Origin: Squalus acanthias
Taxonomy: Eukaryota
Length of the DNA: 34,641 nucleotides
Direction of reading: 5' to 3'
NCBI GenBank assembly: GCA_030390025.1
Contig: JASTWF010000369.1
Span: 434,001 to 468,641 of the forward strand
Below, piece after piece: positions 1 to 11,374 of this stretch. The notes under the pieces are model-generated. The model was not told the origin of the DNA. It searched no databases and was given only the letters and a program-made list of their open reading frames with translations. Position numbers and translations under genes: made by a program. Numbering within the stretch: position 1 is the first letter of the stretch; every line of letters starts with the position of its first letter.

Positions 1-365
1 ATTCATCAGGACTCGGTCAGCTCGGTCAGTAGTGTTACTACCGAGCCACTCTTGGTGATGTACAATGAAGTGCCCCACCCAGAGTATATTCTGTGCCCTT
101 GCTAATCTCAGTGCTTCTTCGAAGTGGTGTTTAACATGGAGGAGTATTGATTCATCAGCTGTGGGAGGGCAATAGTTTGTAATCAGCAGGTTGTTTCCTT
201 ACCCACGCTTGAGCTTAAACCATGAGACTTCATGGGGTCCGGAGTCAATGTTGTGGAGTCCCAGGGCCACTCATTCCCGACTGTATACCACTGTGCCGCC
301 ACCCCTGGTGTGTCTGTCCTACCGGTGGGGCAGTACATACGCAGGGAAGGTGATGGAGGAGTTCG
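1..365 (-). mobile_element. Degenerate LINE ORF2 APE-endonuclease fragment (CR1/L2 group)
   Basis: Minus strand reads ITFPAYVLPHR*DRHTRGGGTVVYSRE*VALG...LLITNYCPP...ILWVGHFIVHHQEWLGS, i.e. decayed DRxxRGGGV, YRPP and GDFN motifs with stops. Confidence 0.75.
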
Positions 366-374
366 GGACTATAT

Positions 375-960
375 AAGAAAATGGGAATGAATGCTTTACA
401 ATAAAGCAATGCAGAGACCGTGGGCATCATTCAAACAGGGGAATTAAAAATCTACAGCCTAGATATATCCCCACAAGTAAAGGTAGCTCACCAAAAGCTA
501 GAATTTCTAGAATGTGTAGTGAAATAAAAATTAAAATGAGAGTTAAAAATCATGTGACATTTCCTGTGTAAAAGGAAATCAAACTGAGAAAAAACAGAAC
601 GTAAAAAAAAGATTAGAACTGGTAATAAGAAGTCTGAAGGAAGACTGGCAGGTAAATAGTAAAGGTTCTTGGGAAGAGATTAAAAAAACAAAATAACAGT
701 TAAATAAAGGGAAGGATTCATTAAATGGAAAAGGAAATAATCTTCCAGAGGGAGATAGCATCGTAGAGGTATAACATAAACGAATCTTCTGCCCCAATTT
801 TCACCAAGTAATGCGATAGAGGGAGTGAAAGGATATAAGAGGAGGACATGGGTCGATTAGATTGGTCGTGTGACAGCTTCTGGAACCAGAAAACAGGACA
901 ACATTGAGCCAACCCTGAAAGTGGTGGGCTAGTTAAGGAGAACAAATATCAAGCTGTAAA
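375..960 (+). mobile_element. Old, heavily decayed CR1-like ORF2 linker fragment
   Basis: A-rich; WASFKQ and LQPRYIP resemble the WxxFKxxxxxxQxxYIP linker seen intact in the 16968-19577 ORF; many stops and frameshifts. Confidence 0.45.
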
Positions 961-1254
961 AACCAAGTACTGTCAGCCAAATTTAATAGATATTTCAGGA
1001 CAAACAAGTGGCAAATTTACTTTGACAATTCTGTGTGCATTAATGGGTTAACACCTCTGTAAAGTAGGTGCACACAGGAATATAGGGCAAATAGGTTAAA
1101 GTTCATGGGAGTGTTTCACTGATCAGGAGTTCCACTCTCCTATTAGCCAAGAATCATTGGAGTAAAAGCAGCTGCCTGATCTGTTTGTTTAAAACACCGT
1201 AAGTAATGTCAGTCATTGTATAACCTAATTGTCTCACTTGAGATTTCTCTCAGA

Positions 1255-1264
1255 TATAAATAAA
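1255..1264 (+). promoter_or_regulatory. Candidate TATA box of the GPCR gene
   Basis: TATAAATAAA about 80-90 nt upstream of the ATG at 1343; motif match only. Confidence 0.35.
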
Positions 1265-1342
1265 GGATTGGATTGAACCGGCTTCATCTTCTTGTCAAAC
1301 TGAACTATTACCTCCAGCACCGGCTTCGTGTGACTCAAAGAG

Positions 1343-1412
1343 ATGGGTCGACCAATCCTTGCCCAGATTGAAGCGGTTTACTACCCGATTCTCGCAGTGT
1401 TTGGTGTTCCTG
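1343..1412 (+). CDS. Exon 1 of the GPR139-like gene (N-terminus and first part of TM1)
   Basis: ATG 1343, 23 codons plus G (MGRPILAQIEAVYYPILAVFGVP), followed by donor G|GTAAGT at 1413; VYYxxLxxxGxP matches GPR139-type TM1. Confidence 0.88.
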
Positions 1413-4112
1413 GTAAGTCATTACCATCAGTTGTCAATGTCACTCGGCGTTTACCTGTATCACTGCTCTTGTTGATTCTGTGATCTGTTTGTTTTCACGG
1501 GCTTGTTTGTATTGAGATCAATTAAATGTCTCCACCTTCAATGAAACCTTAATGCAATAACGTCACAGAATTTCCCAGGGAAGTTACAATTGTCTCTGCA
1601 GTTCCAGCACCAACTTTCACCAAAATCTCGCAGTACTGGGGATGGAATAGGTCTTCGGCAGCAGCTCGAGACGGGCTCACAGCGAATCCGAACCCGTTTT
1701 ACTCCGCGCCCAATTTGTTCCCATTGAAATAAAATGAAAAACAATTCGGGCGCCGTATGAATCTGCTGCCAGTTCACTATCGCCAGTTTTGCGCTCCCGT
1801 CCGAGCCCAATTTCACCCACAAAGTCAGAAAATAAGAAGCTGGCAGGGAGGGAGAGAGAGAGAGAGAGAGAGATAGCGAGCGACAGAGTCAGAAATATAC
1901 AAAGAGATTAAAGAAAAGAGGCAGAAAAGGAAAGTCAACGAGGCAGAGGGGAAACTGAACTCTGCTCGCCAGGTGTAAAACCAGGGCTCGTGAGCTGACA
2001 GCTTGTTTCAAACCTCGCTGGATTATTTTTCCATTTGCTTCAAAGGACTTTGGTTTTGCCCCTGGGCTAGGAATCGAGTGACATGGACTAATGACCCAAA
2101 AGACGTGAGTTCAAACCCACCATGGCTGATTGAGAAAATGAATTTAGTTAAAAATTACCTGGAAGTAAAAATAAATGTAGCATTTAAACATTGACGAGGT
2201 ATCATGAAGAGTTCTGAGGAAGGGTTTTCGACCTGTTTCTCTCTCCACGGATGTTGCCTGGCCTGCTGAGTTTTTCCAGCGTTTTCTGTTGTTGTTTCAA
2301 TTTTCCAGCATCCGCAGTATTTTGCTATCGCATCATCATAAAGAGCTAACCGAGTCACTAATATCCTTTAGAGAAGGAACCTGCCGTCCTGAACCATCTG
2401 GCCTATACGTGACTCCAGTTCCTCACCAACTGCCCTCTGAAGTGATCTAGCAAGTCACTGAGGGCAACTAGGGATGGGCAATAAATGCAAGCCTTGCCAC
2501 TAATCAAATAAAATATACACAGTGATGGTAACTGGGCTTTAACTACTGATTTATTGATTTCTCCCTATTGCCACGTCTCGCAGTCTGCCAAGTTATGCCT
2601 GAACCTCGGGCTTCCTTTCTTTACATATTTGCGTGTCTCTTCTTAGTCCACTATTTCTTCACCCTGGCCAAGACGGATAACGGGTTGAGATGCCTTCTCA
2701 GACTCTCCAAAGAATCTCAGAATCTTTGGCCACTATTCTGACATTTCCTTTTAATGTTCCCATCCCTGTAATTTGAACGGCCTTTGCCTTCTTCCAAACC
2801 CGTCCCAATCCGCACCTCAAGCTGTGCTAGTGAGTAGACCTGGGTGTTAAGAGCGCACTTCAGGTTAATACTGTACATTAAACCCTCCCTCATAGCCATT
2901 CTGGCCTAAGATACTCTGATATAAATATCCCAGCTAAAGAAAGACCGAGACAGAGAGAGATGATTAGAGCGACACAGAAACAAACTGAGACATAGAGAGA
3001 GAGAGAGAGGCAGGAGAAAGGCAGATCGTGAGCAAAACTGAGGGATAATCAGAATCAGTGAGAGGCATAGAAATACAGAGTCGGAGAGAGAGCATGAGTT
3101 GAGCAGCAGAGAATATGTGCTGAAATTTGATAAACTGTCATTACCTGTCGGCCATTTTGTTATGACGATATTATTAATTTATTTTCCCTCTTTCATTGCA
3201 GCGAATTTATTTACAATTGTGATTCTCTCCCGTGGAAAGTGCGGTCTCTCCACATGCATCACTCGATACCTGTTGGCCATGGCAGTAGCAGATCTACTCG
3301 TCCTGATCTTTGATGTAATTCTGTATGAGATTAAAGATATTTATTTCCCCTATTCATTCCTGAACTATACAATCATCTGCAGTATCAATTTCAGCTTGGC
3401 ATTTGCTGCCATTGATTGTTCTGTCTGGTTTACAGTCGCCTTCACCTTTGATCGATTCATCGCCATTTGTTACCAGAAGCTGAGAATCAAATATTGCACT
3501 GAAAATACCGTGGCTGTGATTATTATAACGGTGTGTGGTTTGAGCCTTTTACAAAACACTCCACTTTACTTTGCAATTGAAGCTGATGAAATAATTGATA
3601 ACGCACAATGGTTCTGTGTTGCAAAATCTGCCCTCTACACCATGCCCATTTGGATGGCTTACAGCTGGTTGCGCAATATTTTAACACCTTTCGTTCCATT
3701 CGTGTTGATTGCACTTCTCAATACTCTGACCATCAGGAACATTGTACAGGCCAATAGGGTCAGGAGGGGACTCCGAAGGAGCAAGAAGGGTGAGAGTAAC
3801 AATGATCCAGAGATGGTGAACCGAAGGAAATCCATCATCTTACTGCTCGCAATTTCAGGCAGTTTTATCCTGCTATGGATGGTAAATTTCCTCTTTGAAA
3901 TATGTGTACAAATGACAGATACTAATTTCTTCCAAACAGAATACGCTGATCCTTTTACCATCATGGAACACAGCGGATATATGCTCCAGCGTTTGAATTC
4001 CTGCACCAACACAGTTATTTATGCAGTGGCCCAGACTAAATTCAGAAATGCGTTAAAGAATGTGGTTAAATATCCCTTTGCTCAGGTGATTAATTTAATA
4101 AAATTAAATTAA
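1343..4112 (+). CDS. GPR139-like: Two-exon class A (rhodopsin-like) GPCR, GPR139/GPR142-related, 326 aa; join(1343..1412,3202..4112)
   Basis: Spliced product MGRPILAQIEAVYYPILAVFGVP-ANLFTIVILSRGKCGLS...LAMAVADL...CSVWFTVAFTFDRFIAIC...PFVPFVLIALLN...SFILLW...NSCTNTVIY; seven hydrophobic segments; phase-1 GT-AG intron in the TM1 GxP-A-N codon, as recalled for vertebrate GPR139; no stops. Confidence 0.9.
1582..1818. mobile_element. Old palindromic MITE-like element in the GPCR intron
   Basis: Internal inverted repeat GCGCCCAATTTGTT-CCCATTGAAATAAAATG-AAAAACAATTCGGGCGC (1706-1753); right end CCCAATTTCACCC; left end decayed. Confidence 0.5.
1852..1873 (+). repeat. (GA)n microsatellite
   Basis: About 11 GA units. 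Confidence 0.9.
2075..2500 (+). mobile_element. tRNA-derived SINE with LINE-derived 3' tail, interrupted by a Penelope tail
   Basis: B-box-like GAGTTCAAACCC near 2107; tail GGGCAACTAGGGATGGGCAATAAATGC; paralogous copy at 20170-20500. Confidence 0.65.
2210..2334 (+). mobile_element. Short Penelope-like 3' tail insertion
   Basis: Closely matches 14766-14900 and 23680-23812 (GGCCTGCTGAGTTTTTCCAGCG...CCAGCATCCGCAGTATTTTGCTAT); flanked by ATCATGAAGAG (2201-2211) / ATCATAAAGAG (2335-2345). Confidence 0.8.
3202..4112 (+). CDS. Exon 2 of the GPR139-like gene (end of TM1 to TM7 and short C-tail)
   Basis: Pyrimidine tract and acceptor TTTTCCCTCTTTCATTGCAG ending at 3201; open to TAA 4110-4112; equals residues 35-337 of track ORF 3099..4112. 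Confidence 0.92.
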
Positions 4113-4141
4113 CAGCACTAAATTTAAACCATGATTCCCCA

Positions 4142-5991
4142 TAGGAAAATAGGATCAGGAACAGGAGTAGGTCATTTAGCCCCTTGACTCTGTTCCGCCA
4201 GATCATGGCTGATCTGTGACCGAACTTAATATACCCGCCGTTGACCATATCCCTTACTACCTTTGGTTAACAAAAATCTATCAATCTCAGATTTCAAATT
4301 ATCAATTGACCTCGCATCAATTGTCTTTTGCGGGTGAGAGTTCCAAAATTCAACCATCCTTTGTGTGTAGAAGTGTTTCCTAACATCACTCCTGAATGGC
4401 CTGGCTCTAATTTTTCGATTTTGCCCGCTAGTACTAGAATTCCCAATCCAGCTGAAATAAAGTCTCTCTATCGACCCTCTCAGTTCCCCTCAATATCTTG
4501 ATCAAATCATTTCTTAGCCTTCTAAATTCCAGGTAAAAAAAAACCTTAGTTTGTGTAATCTCTGCTCGTAATTTCACCCTTCGAGTCCAGGTATCATTCT
4601 GGCAAATTTACACTGCACTCGTCCAAGGGTCCATATACTTCCTATGGTGTGGTGCCCAGAACTGCTCACAGTACTCCAGGTGTGGTCTAACCAGGGCTTT
4701 GTATAGCTGATGCATAACTTATACCCCCATGTATTCTAGTCATCTACTTATAAAGGCCAGCATTCCATTAATCTTTCAAGTTATTTTCTGCATCTGTCCA
4801 TGAAATTTTGATGATCTATCTACATGGGCCCCAAGTCTGCTTGCACCTCCACTGTTTTTAGCTTTTCACCATTTCGAAAGTAGTCTGTTCAATCCTTTTT
4901 AATTCCAAACTGAATGACCTCACATTTGCCTACGTTGAAACCCATTTACCTATTATGCCCATTCACTTAATGTATTAAATGCTCTTTGTAATTTTATGCT
5001 TCCATCTACACTGCTTATAATGCCGTCTATCTTTGTGTCATCGGCGAACTTGGATATGTGGCTGCCTATCCCATTATTTAAGTCGTTAATAAATATGATG
5101 GATAGTTAAGGCCCCAACACAGATCTTGCAGACACCACTAGTCACGTCCTGCCAATTAGAGCACCTGCCCATTATCCCTACTCTCTTTCTTTCGCCGCTC
5201 AGCTAATTTCCTGACCAGGTCAATAATTTGCCTTCAATTCCATGAGCTTCAAGTTTAGCTAACGATCTCTTATGAGGGACTTTATCAAATGCCTTCTGCA
5301 AGTCCATATAAATAACCTTCATAGACATTTCTCTGTCAACCATCACATCGGCAAAAAATTCAATCATGTTCTTCAGGCATGACCTAACCTTTACAAATCT
5401 ATGCTGGCTCTCTCTGATCAGCTGAACATTTTCAAGGTGTTCAGTCACTCAATCCTTAGTTAAAGACTCTAGCAATTTTCTGACACCAGATGTTAAACTA
5501 ACTGGTCTTTCAGTCTTTGGTTTCCCTCTCTTACCTTTCTCAAATAGCGGAGTGCCATGCATAATTTTCAAATCTAAATGAACGGTTCCCGAATCGAGAG
5601 AACTTTGGAAGTTTATAGTTCAGGCATCTGCAAAGTTCTCACCTACTTCCTTTAAAACCCTGAGATGAAAGCATCTGGTCATGGGTGTTTGTCACTTTCT
5701 GGTTCCGTTATTTTTTTCATTACTGTTATTTTGCTTATGTTACTTTTGGTGAGACCACGTCCCTGATTCAATATTAATTTCATTGGGATGTCCGGCATGC
5801 TATCCTCGTCCTCTACTGTAAATGCTGATAAAAATTAATTATTCAACATGTCCGCTATTTACTTATTTTCATTTACAATTATCACATTTATCAGCTTTCA
5901 CGGGGCCTACATTGTTCCTGACTATCCTCTTTTTCCTAATATAATTGTAAAAGATTTGTGTGTTGATTTTGATATCCCTTCCTTCCAAGTC
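4142..5991 (-). mobile_element. 5'-truncated decayed CR1 LINE inserted about 30 nt after the GPCR stop codon
   Basis: RT motifs in ORF 5203..5448 (SQHRFVKVRSCL, DLQKAFDKVPH); TSD TCCCCA at 4136-4141 and 5992-5997; empty site GATTCCCCAGAG near 29576 in copy B. Confidence 0.9.
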
Positions 5992-6287
5992 TCCCCAGAC
6001 CCAATAACTGCCCAGAGCTGATTCTCAGTGTCTGTCACAGAACTCGCCGTGGAGCATGAAGCTGGCGCTGGTGAGTTTCGACAGTTTAAATGCTGCCGCC
6101 TGTCGGTAAATGTCCTCCACAGCAGAACACCCACCTCATCACATCCAGTTCAATACTAAAGATGGCAGATTCGATTCTCTGTCAATGAGCAGTCACATAC
6201 TCTGGCCATGAATTCTAATACCCACAATAACCAGATGCTCTTAAAGTTGAAAAAGACAATTTGACAAAATATTTCCTCACCCTAATC

Positions 6288-6738
6288 ATAGAATCATAGA
6301 AATTTACACATGGAAGGATGCCATTTCGGCCCATTGTGTCCGCGCCGGCCGACAAAGAGCTAACCAGCCGAATCCCACTTTCCAGCTCTTTGTCCGTAGC
6401 CCTGTAGGTTACGTGACTTCACGTGCACATCCAAGCACGTTTTAAATGTGGTGAGGGTTTCTGCCTCTACCACTCTTTCACGCATTGAGTTCCAGACCCC
6501 AACCACCTTCTGGGTGAAGACATTTCCCCTCAACACCCCTCTAAACCTCTTACCAATTACTTTAAATCTATGCCCCATGGATGTTGACCCTTCTGCTAAG
6601 GGAAATAGATCATTCCTGTCAACTCTACTTAGGCCTCTCATAATCTTATACAACTAAATAAATTCTCCCCTCAGCCTTCTCTATTCCAATGAAAACAGTC
6701 CCAGCCTACCGAATCTTTCCTCATGGCTAAAATTCTCA
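6288..6738 (-). mobile_element. CR1 LINE 3' fragment
   Basis: ORF 6360..6653 (GHRFKV...FTQKVVGVWNSM); ATAGAATC-type tail; possible TSD AATC (6284-6287 / 6739-6742); absent in copy B. Confidence 0.88.
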
Positions 6739-7633
6739 AATCCTTTCAACTCCTTGACTGGGTTTAGGGTCAGTGAGTGACGATTACTGTTCAATGTCAC
6801 ATTCTGTTGGCCAGTCTTCAAGTTGAGCCTTTCCTGTGACTGCTGGCCGGCCATTGTAAAGTGGCCTATTGCAGCCCCCCTACTGCTGTTCCTACTGAGA
6901 TCAAATAACTCAGCTCAAAACCAAGGGCTTGAACCTGGGATCCTCTTGTTCTGGTTATAGCAGAATTCTAACTTTGGTGCTTTGAGCACTGCCCAGGAGC
7001 ACAGATTATAAACCATGCCATCAACTCCTGGTTCTCCATCCACTATTTTAATGGATGAAAGTCACAGCCTGGGAACCCCCAGCACGAATTTCAATGTGGC
7101 GGCTTAGGCTCTGGGCCTGGTGTGTGCATTCGGTCAATCAGCCCTGAGGTGTTTATAATGAGGGTGATTAAAATGAAATCAGTGGGATGAAAATGAACCA
7201 TTTGTGAATATGAATCTTCTTATCCTGTTTCTCGTAAATGTCTCAGAATGCATCAATTACAATTATTTTGACGCAGTGAGTGATTTTATTTCGACGGTTA
7301 TCCTGCACACCTCGGGATCTCACGAACAGTCTGGGTAACTGTACGGTTGAGTTAATATGAATCAGGTTAAGGGGAGAAACGAAAGCCAGGTTTCCTGCTC
7401 CTACTTTTATTAAGTGTCTCTGTACATCTGATGAGGTGTGATTGAACTGAACTGGCCTCCACTTCTTGAATATCAAATTTAAACTTAAATATAAATGTTG
7501 CCCTTGTGTAGTTTTGGCCAGAAAGGATGTTGTCAGATTTAGAGAGATGTGGGATTAGATTATTACTTTTACTACCTGGTTTGCACGCCCCTTAAACAGT
7601 CCACCTGATCTTCCTGATTTATTTCAATGGATG

Positions 7634-8511
7634 ATTTGGACAGGCTGGGTGATTGGGCAGATGCATGGCAGATGCAGTATAATGTGGATAAATGCGAGGT
7701 TATCCACTTTGGTGGCAAAAACAGGAAGACAGATTATTATCTGAACGACAATAGATTGGGAAAAGGGGAAATGCAACGAGATCTGGGAGTCCTTGTGCAC
7801 CAGTCGCTGAAGGTAAGCATGCAGGTGCAGCAGGCGGTTAAGAAGGCAAATGGTATGTTGACCTTCATAGCGAGAGGATTCGGCTACAGCAGCAAGGATG
7901 TCTTGCTGCAGTTGTACACGGCCTTGCTGAGAGCACACCTTGAGTATTGTGTGCAGTTTTGGTCGCCTTATCTGAGGAAGGATGTTCTTGTCATGCAGGG
8001 AGTGCAGCGAAGATTTACCAGACTGATACCTGGGATGGCAGGAATGACGTATGAAGAGAGATTGGGTCGACTGGGCTTATATTCGCTAGAGTTTAGAAGA
8101 ATGAGAGGGGATATCATTTAAACTTATAAAATTTAACAGGACTAGACAGACTAGATGCAGTAAGGATATTCCCGATGTAGGGTAGTCCAGAACCAGAGGT
8201 CACAGTCTAAGGATAAGGGGTAAGCCATTTAGGACTGAGATGAGGAGGAATTTTTTTACCCAGAGAGTGGTGAAACTGTGAAATTCTCTAACACAGAAGG
8301 CAGTTGAGGCCAATCCATAAAATATATTCAAGAAGGAGATAGATATATTTCTTAAGGCTGAAAGGATCAAGGGATATGGGGAGAAAGCCGGGACAGGGTA
8401 CTGAATTTGGATGATCAACCATGATCTCATTAAATGGTGGAGCAGTCTCGAGGGGCCGAATGGGCTACTCCTGCTCCTATTTTCTATGCTTTTATGCTTC
8501 TATGCTATGCT
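7634..8511 (+). mobile_element. CR1 LINE 3' fragment
   Basis: ORF 7627..8121 ([27 protein letters not shown]); (CTATG)n tail; TSD ATGGATG at 7627-7633 and 8512-8518; absent in copy B. Confidence 0.92.
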
Positions 8512-8964
8512 ATGGATGTTAATTGCCCAGACACTAAAGATGAAATATAACCATTATGTTTCTCAAATTCCCAATGGTCATACTATTTACATAACTTCCA
8601 GTGCAGGGTTGGACAGATTTAAACATTGCCTGTAAGGAAAATTTAAGCATAATTTTCTACAATTTTGCTTGGTATAGACGTCTTTAATTCTGTTATGTTA
8701 CCCAAGAGTTTTAAATCCGCTTCTCTTACATAAATCATATCCCACCTTTTCTTAAAACACTTTTTTATTTGGATTGATCAGTTGGTCTCGGGAAAGTTTG
8801 TTTGATCCACTCAGTGCAAATATATAAATGCTGTGTGATTTGTTCAGGGTTGGCTGTTGTTTCAATTTTAACAGAGATTTATTAATTCATGAATCTTCAC
8901 GAATTTAATGTTGGCACTTTTCAATCCAAGCAAATTGCTGTGGATTGTTTCTAGAGAGACTACT

Positions 8965-9202
8965 GGGCAGAATTGCCTGCTCCTGTGTCTAAGGTTTTTT
9001 TTAATCACCTGGGCACCGTGAATACAGGGGACGAGACAGAGAGCAGTAAATGCCTAGAAGGGATCCTGCCCAATTTGTTGTCCATTTAAGTCAATGGGCT
9101 GTGTTCATTAGGGGCTTGTGCTCCTTCTTCCACAGTTTTCCTGTACTCACTGTTCTGAGGCAATCCAATAGCCCCGGGTACATGGACAGGGAAATTTAGC
9201 CC
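8965..9202. mobile_element. Old palindromic MITE-like element
   Basis: Termini GGGCAGAATT...AATTTAGCCC with near-central palindrome CCATTTAAGTCAATGG (9082-9097); paralogous copy near 32853-33095. Confidence 0.55.
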
Positions 9203-9581
9203 TCTCTGTCTGAGCATTTAAAAAGCTTTCGGACTGATAACTACCATATTTGATGAGAAAATATTAAATGTATCACTGCATAAAAAGTTCAATTACAGTA
9301 GAGTTTTACCACAAGACTTGCAAACGAATTACTTTCTACAACACGATGCAACTGCTGTAAACATGTGTTAAATTGTCACTGCTGTTCGCTTGTTTTATTA
9401 ATGGTTGATAAATCTGTTTTGGAGATTAAAGCTAAAACAATGTTTGGTGTACTTTCACTCGACCAATTTACAACAACAAGGAGAATCCCACTAATTTACA
9501 AAACAAATCTAAACCACTCACTTTTTTTCTTTTTGAGGTGCTGTTACATTGTTAGCCTTTAGTAACCCATTTGGCCAACAT

Positions 9582-9880
9582 ATTTAAGGTTTTGGTCAAG
9601 CGATACAGGGGGGATGTAAGGAAAAACTTTTTTTACGCAGCGAGTGGTGATGACCTGGAATTTGCTGCCGACGGAAGTGGTGGAAGAGGAGACACTCAAT
9701 GCTTTCAAGCAGTGACTGGATAGGCACTTGAGGGAAATAAACTTGCAGGGTTACGGGGATAGAGCGAGGGAATGGGACAGACTGGATTGCTTTCCAGAGA
9801 CCCGGCACGGACTCGATGGGCCGAATTGCCTTCTTCTGTGCCGTTATGACTCTATTACTCTATGTCTCTATGAATCTATG
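9582..9880 (+). mobile_element. CR1 LINE 3' end
   Basis: RKNFFTQRVVMTWNLLP-like coding end, GATGGGCCGAA hairpin region and (ACTCTATG)-like tail. Confidence 0.88.
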
Positions 9881-10239
9881 ACATCTGCTTTATTGGACAC
9901 TGCCTGCAACCTGTTAGCTAATGTAATATCAATTTCAGAGACTGCTGTTGTAATACATTAACCATTGTCACCGGCTTCCGCACCTTTTTATCTGCTTTTT
10001 ACCAAACGTAATCAATTCATGCCTCCACTTTCCAGACCTTACTTTATCATTGGAGTTCCATTCACCAGCTGATCTCTCGTTGTTCACAGCTGCCATGAGG
10101 CAAAGGCCATTTCAGTTCCAGGGTGGTCCTGCTGCAAGACATCAGCCATCCTGCTCTGAACATACTGCCACTGAAGGAACGAGGCAAGTAAGGTAATGGA
10201 CTTTAAATAAGTAAGATTTTATTCGCCAAAGCTGGGCAT

Positions 10240-11374
10240 GGTGGAAGTAAAAATAAAATTTGTTTTACAAAGTATTTTGAACATTGGACATCCTGGAGAG
10301 ATATATGTTGGACATCTTGGAGAGTTAAGGGTTAAAATCGATCTTCTTTGCATCTTGGAACAACAGTTCTTTCAAGATATGAAGATTGACTTTGAAGTAT
10401 CGTGTGAGGAATGCAAAGTGAAAAGATGTATGATTGGATCCCTGAGTAAAATAAATAATCTGGGCATGATTCCTGAAAGGATTTCAGTTTGGTATCGGTG
10501 TATATTCTATTGAAAGTCAGGGAAGTGTAGTTGAGAATCATTGATTAATAGGTTTCCTTCAGAGAATTTTGTTTATTACCTACAGAAAGAGTAATCTATT
10601 TGATAGCCTGGCAACTATCCTATATTGGGACCATCCAGGGTTGCTGAGAAGAACTCCGATCTTTTGATTAGATAATTTAAAAGAACAGGAATGGCTTGTA
10701 TCTGAAGTCAAATCTGGTATGATATTGGGATGCTGGTGTGTGTGTGCAAATTTGGTATATACGCATGAAGCAACTAGCATGTGCTACTGCATGGTAAATA
10801 TGCATTGAAGAATGAGTCTCAGAAATGCTCAGTTACTTGACATGAGTGCCACATGAAATGGTTAATGTGGACCAGGAACGTGAGATTTGTTTTCATAAAT
10901 GCAATAATATAAGCTCCATAGCGAAACTAACTTGTTAATGAAGCAATATAGCGTTAAACGCACTACTACCTATTAGAGGAATACGAATTGAAGTAAAGAG
11001 GGACATAGAATTTAAATTTCAAAAATTCAGGCTTGAATTCCTTTGAGTTGACAATTAAATTGGGATGACTGCAAGATAGTGGGAAATAATACATAGCAAG
11101 AATATCTACAAGGTGGATACTGTTACAAGGGGAGTGGAATAATCTTTTATGTCTCTGATTTCTTGATATTGTGCTGTATATCAATAAAGTCTTTTCCATA
11201 TACTCTACCATCAATTGTATCTTGCTTGTTCGAAACGTGTTGTTGTGAACCATAGGAGGACAGAAGTTGAATGCTAACATTTACCACTGAAATGGTTTGT
11301 TGCGACTGATTAGTGACATTGGTCCAATGTCAGGAAAAATATCATGGGCATGCATCTGACATGGTGCTGGTGCT
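10240..11374 (+). mobile_element. Possible very ancient CR1-like RT/3' remnant
   Basis: Faint colinear echoes of CR1 ORF2 (LSKINNLGM...VW; later GGQKL); not convincingly alignable by eye. Confidence 0.3.

Larger units (their letters stand above)
1777..9210 (+). repeat. Tandem duplication unit, copy A (intron, exon 2 and downstream flank)
   Basis: Colinear homology with 16755-33100 once insertions are removed: 1777-1830~16760-16811; 1950-2010~19680-19740; 2500-2575~20510-20570; 5992-6285~29577-29870; 7550-7635~30700-30780; 8830-8990~32708-32880. Confidence 0.88.

Noticed and set aside
2075..2125. tRNA gene
   Set aside because: Only a B-box-like motif within a SINE head; no cloverleaf.
3099..3201. 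N-terminal 34 aa of the 337-aa track ORF
   Set aside because: TTG start, no receptor homology, ends in a pyrimidine tract and AG acceptor; intronic.
3523..4012. Antisense ORFs over the GPCR exon
   Set aside because: Shadow frames of a coding exon with no recognisable motifs.
4097..4102. AATAAA as the poly(A) signal of the GPCR
   Set aside because: Lies inside the CDS before the stop in AT-rich sequence and is not conserved in copy B; unsupported.
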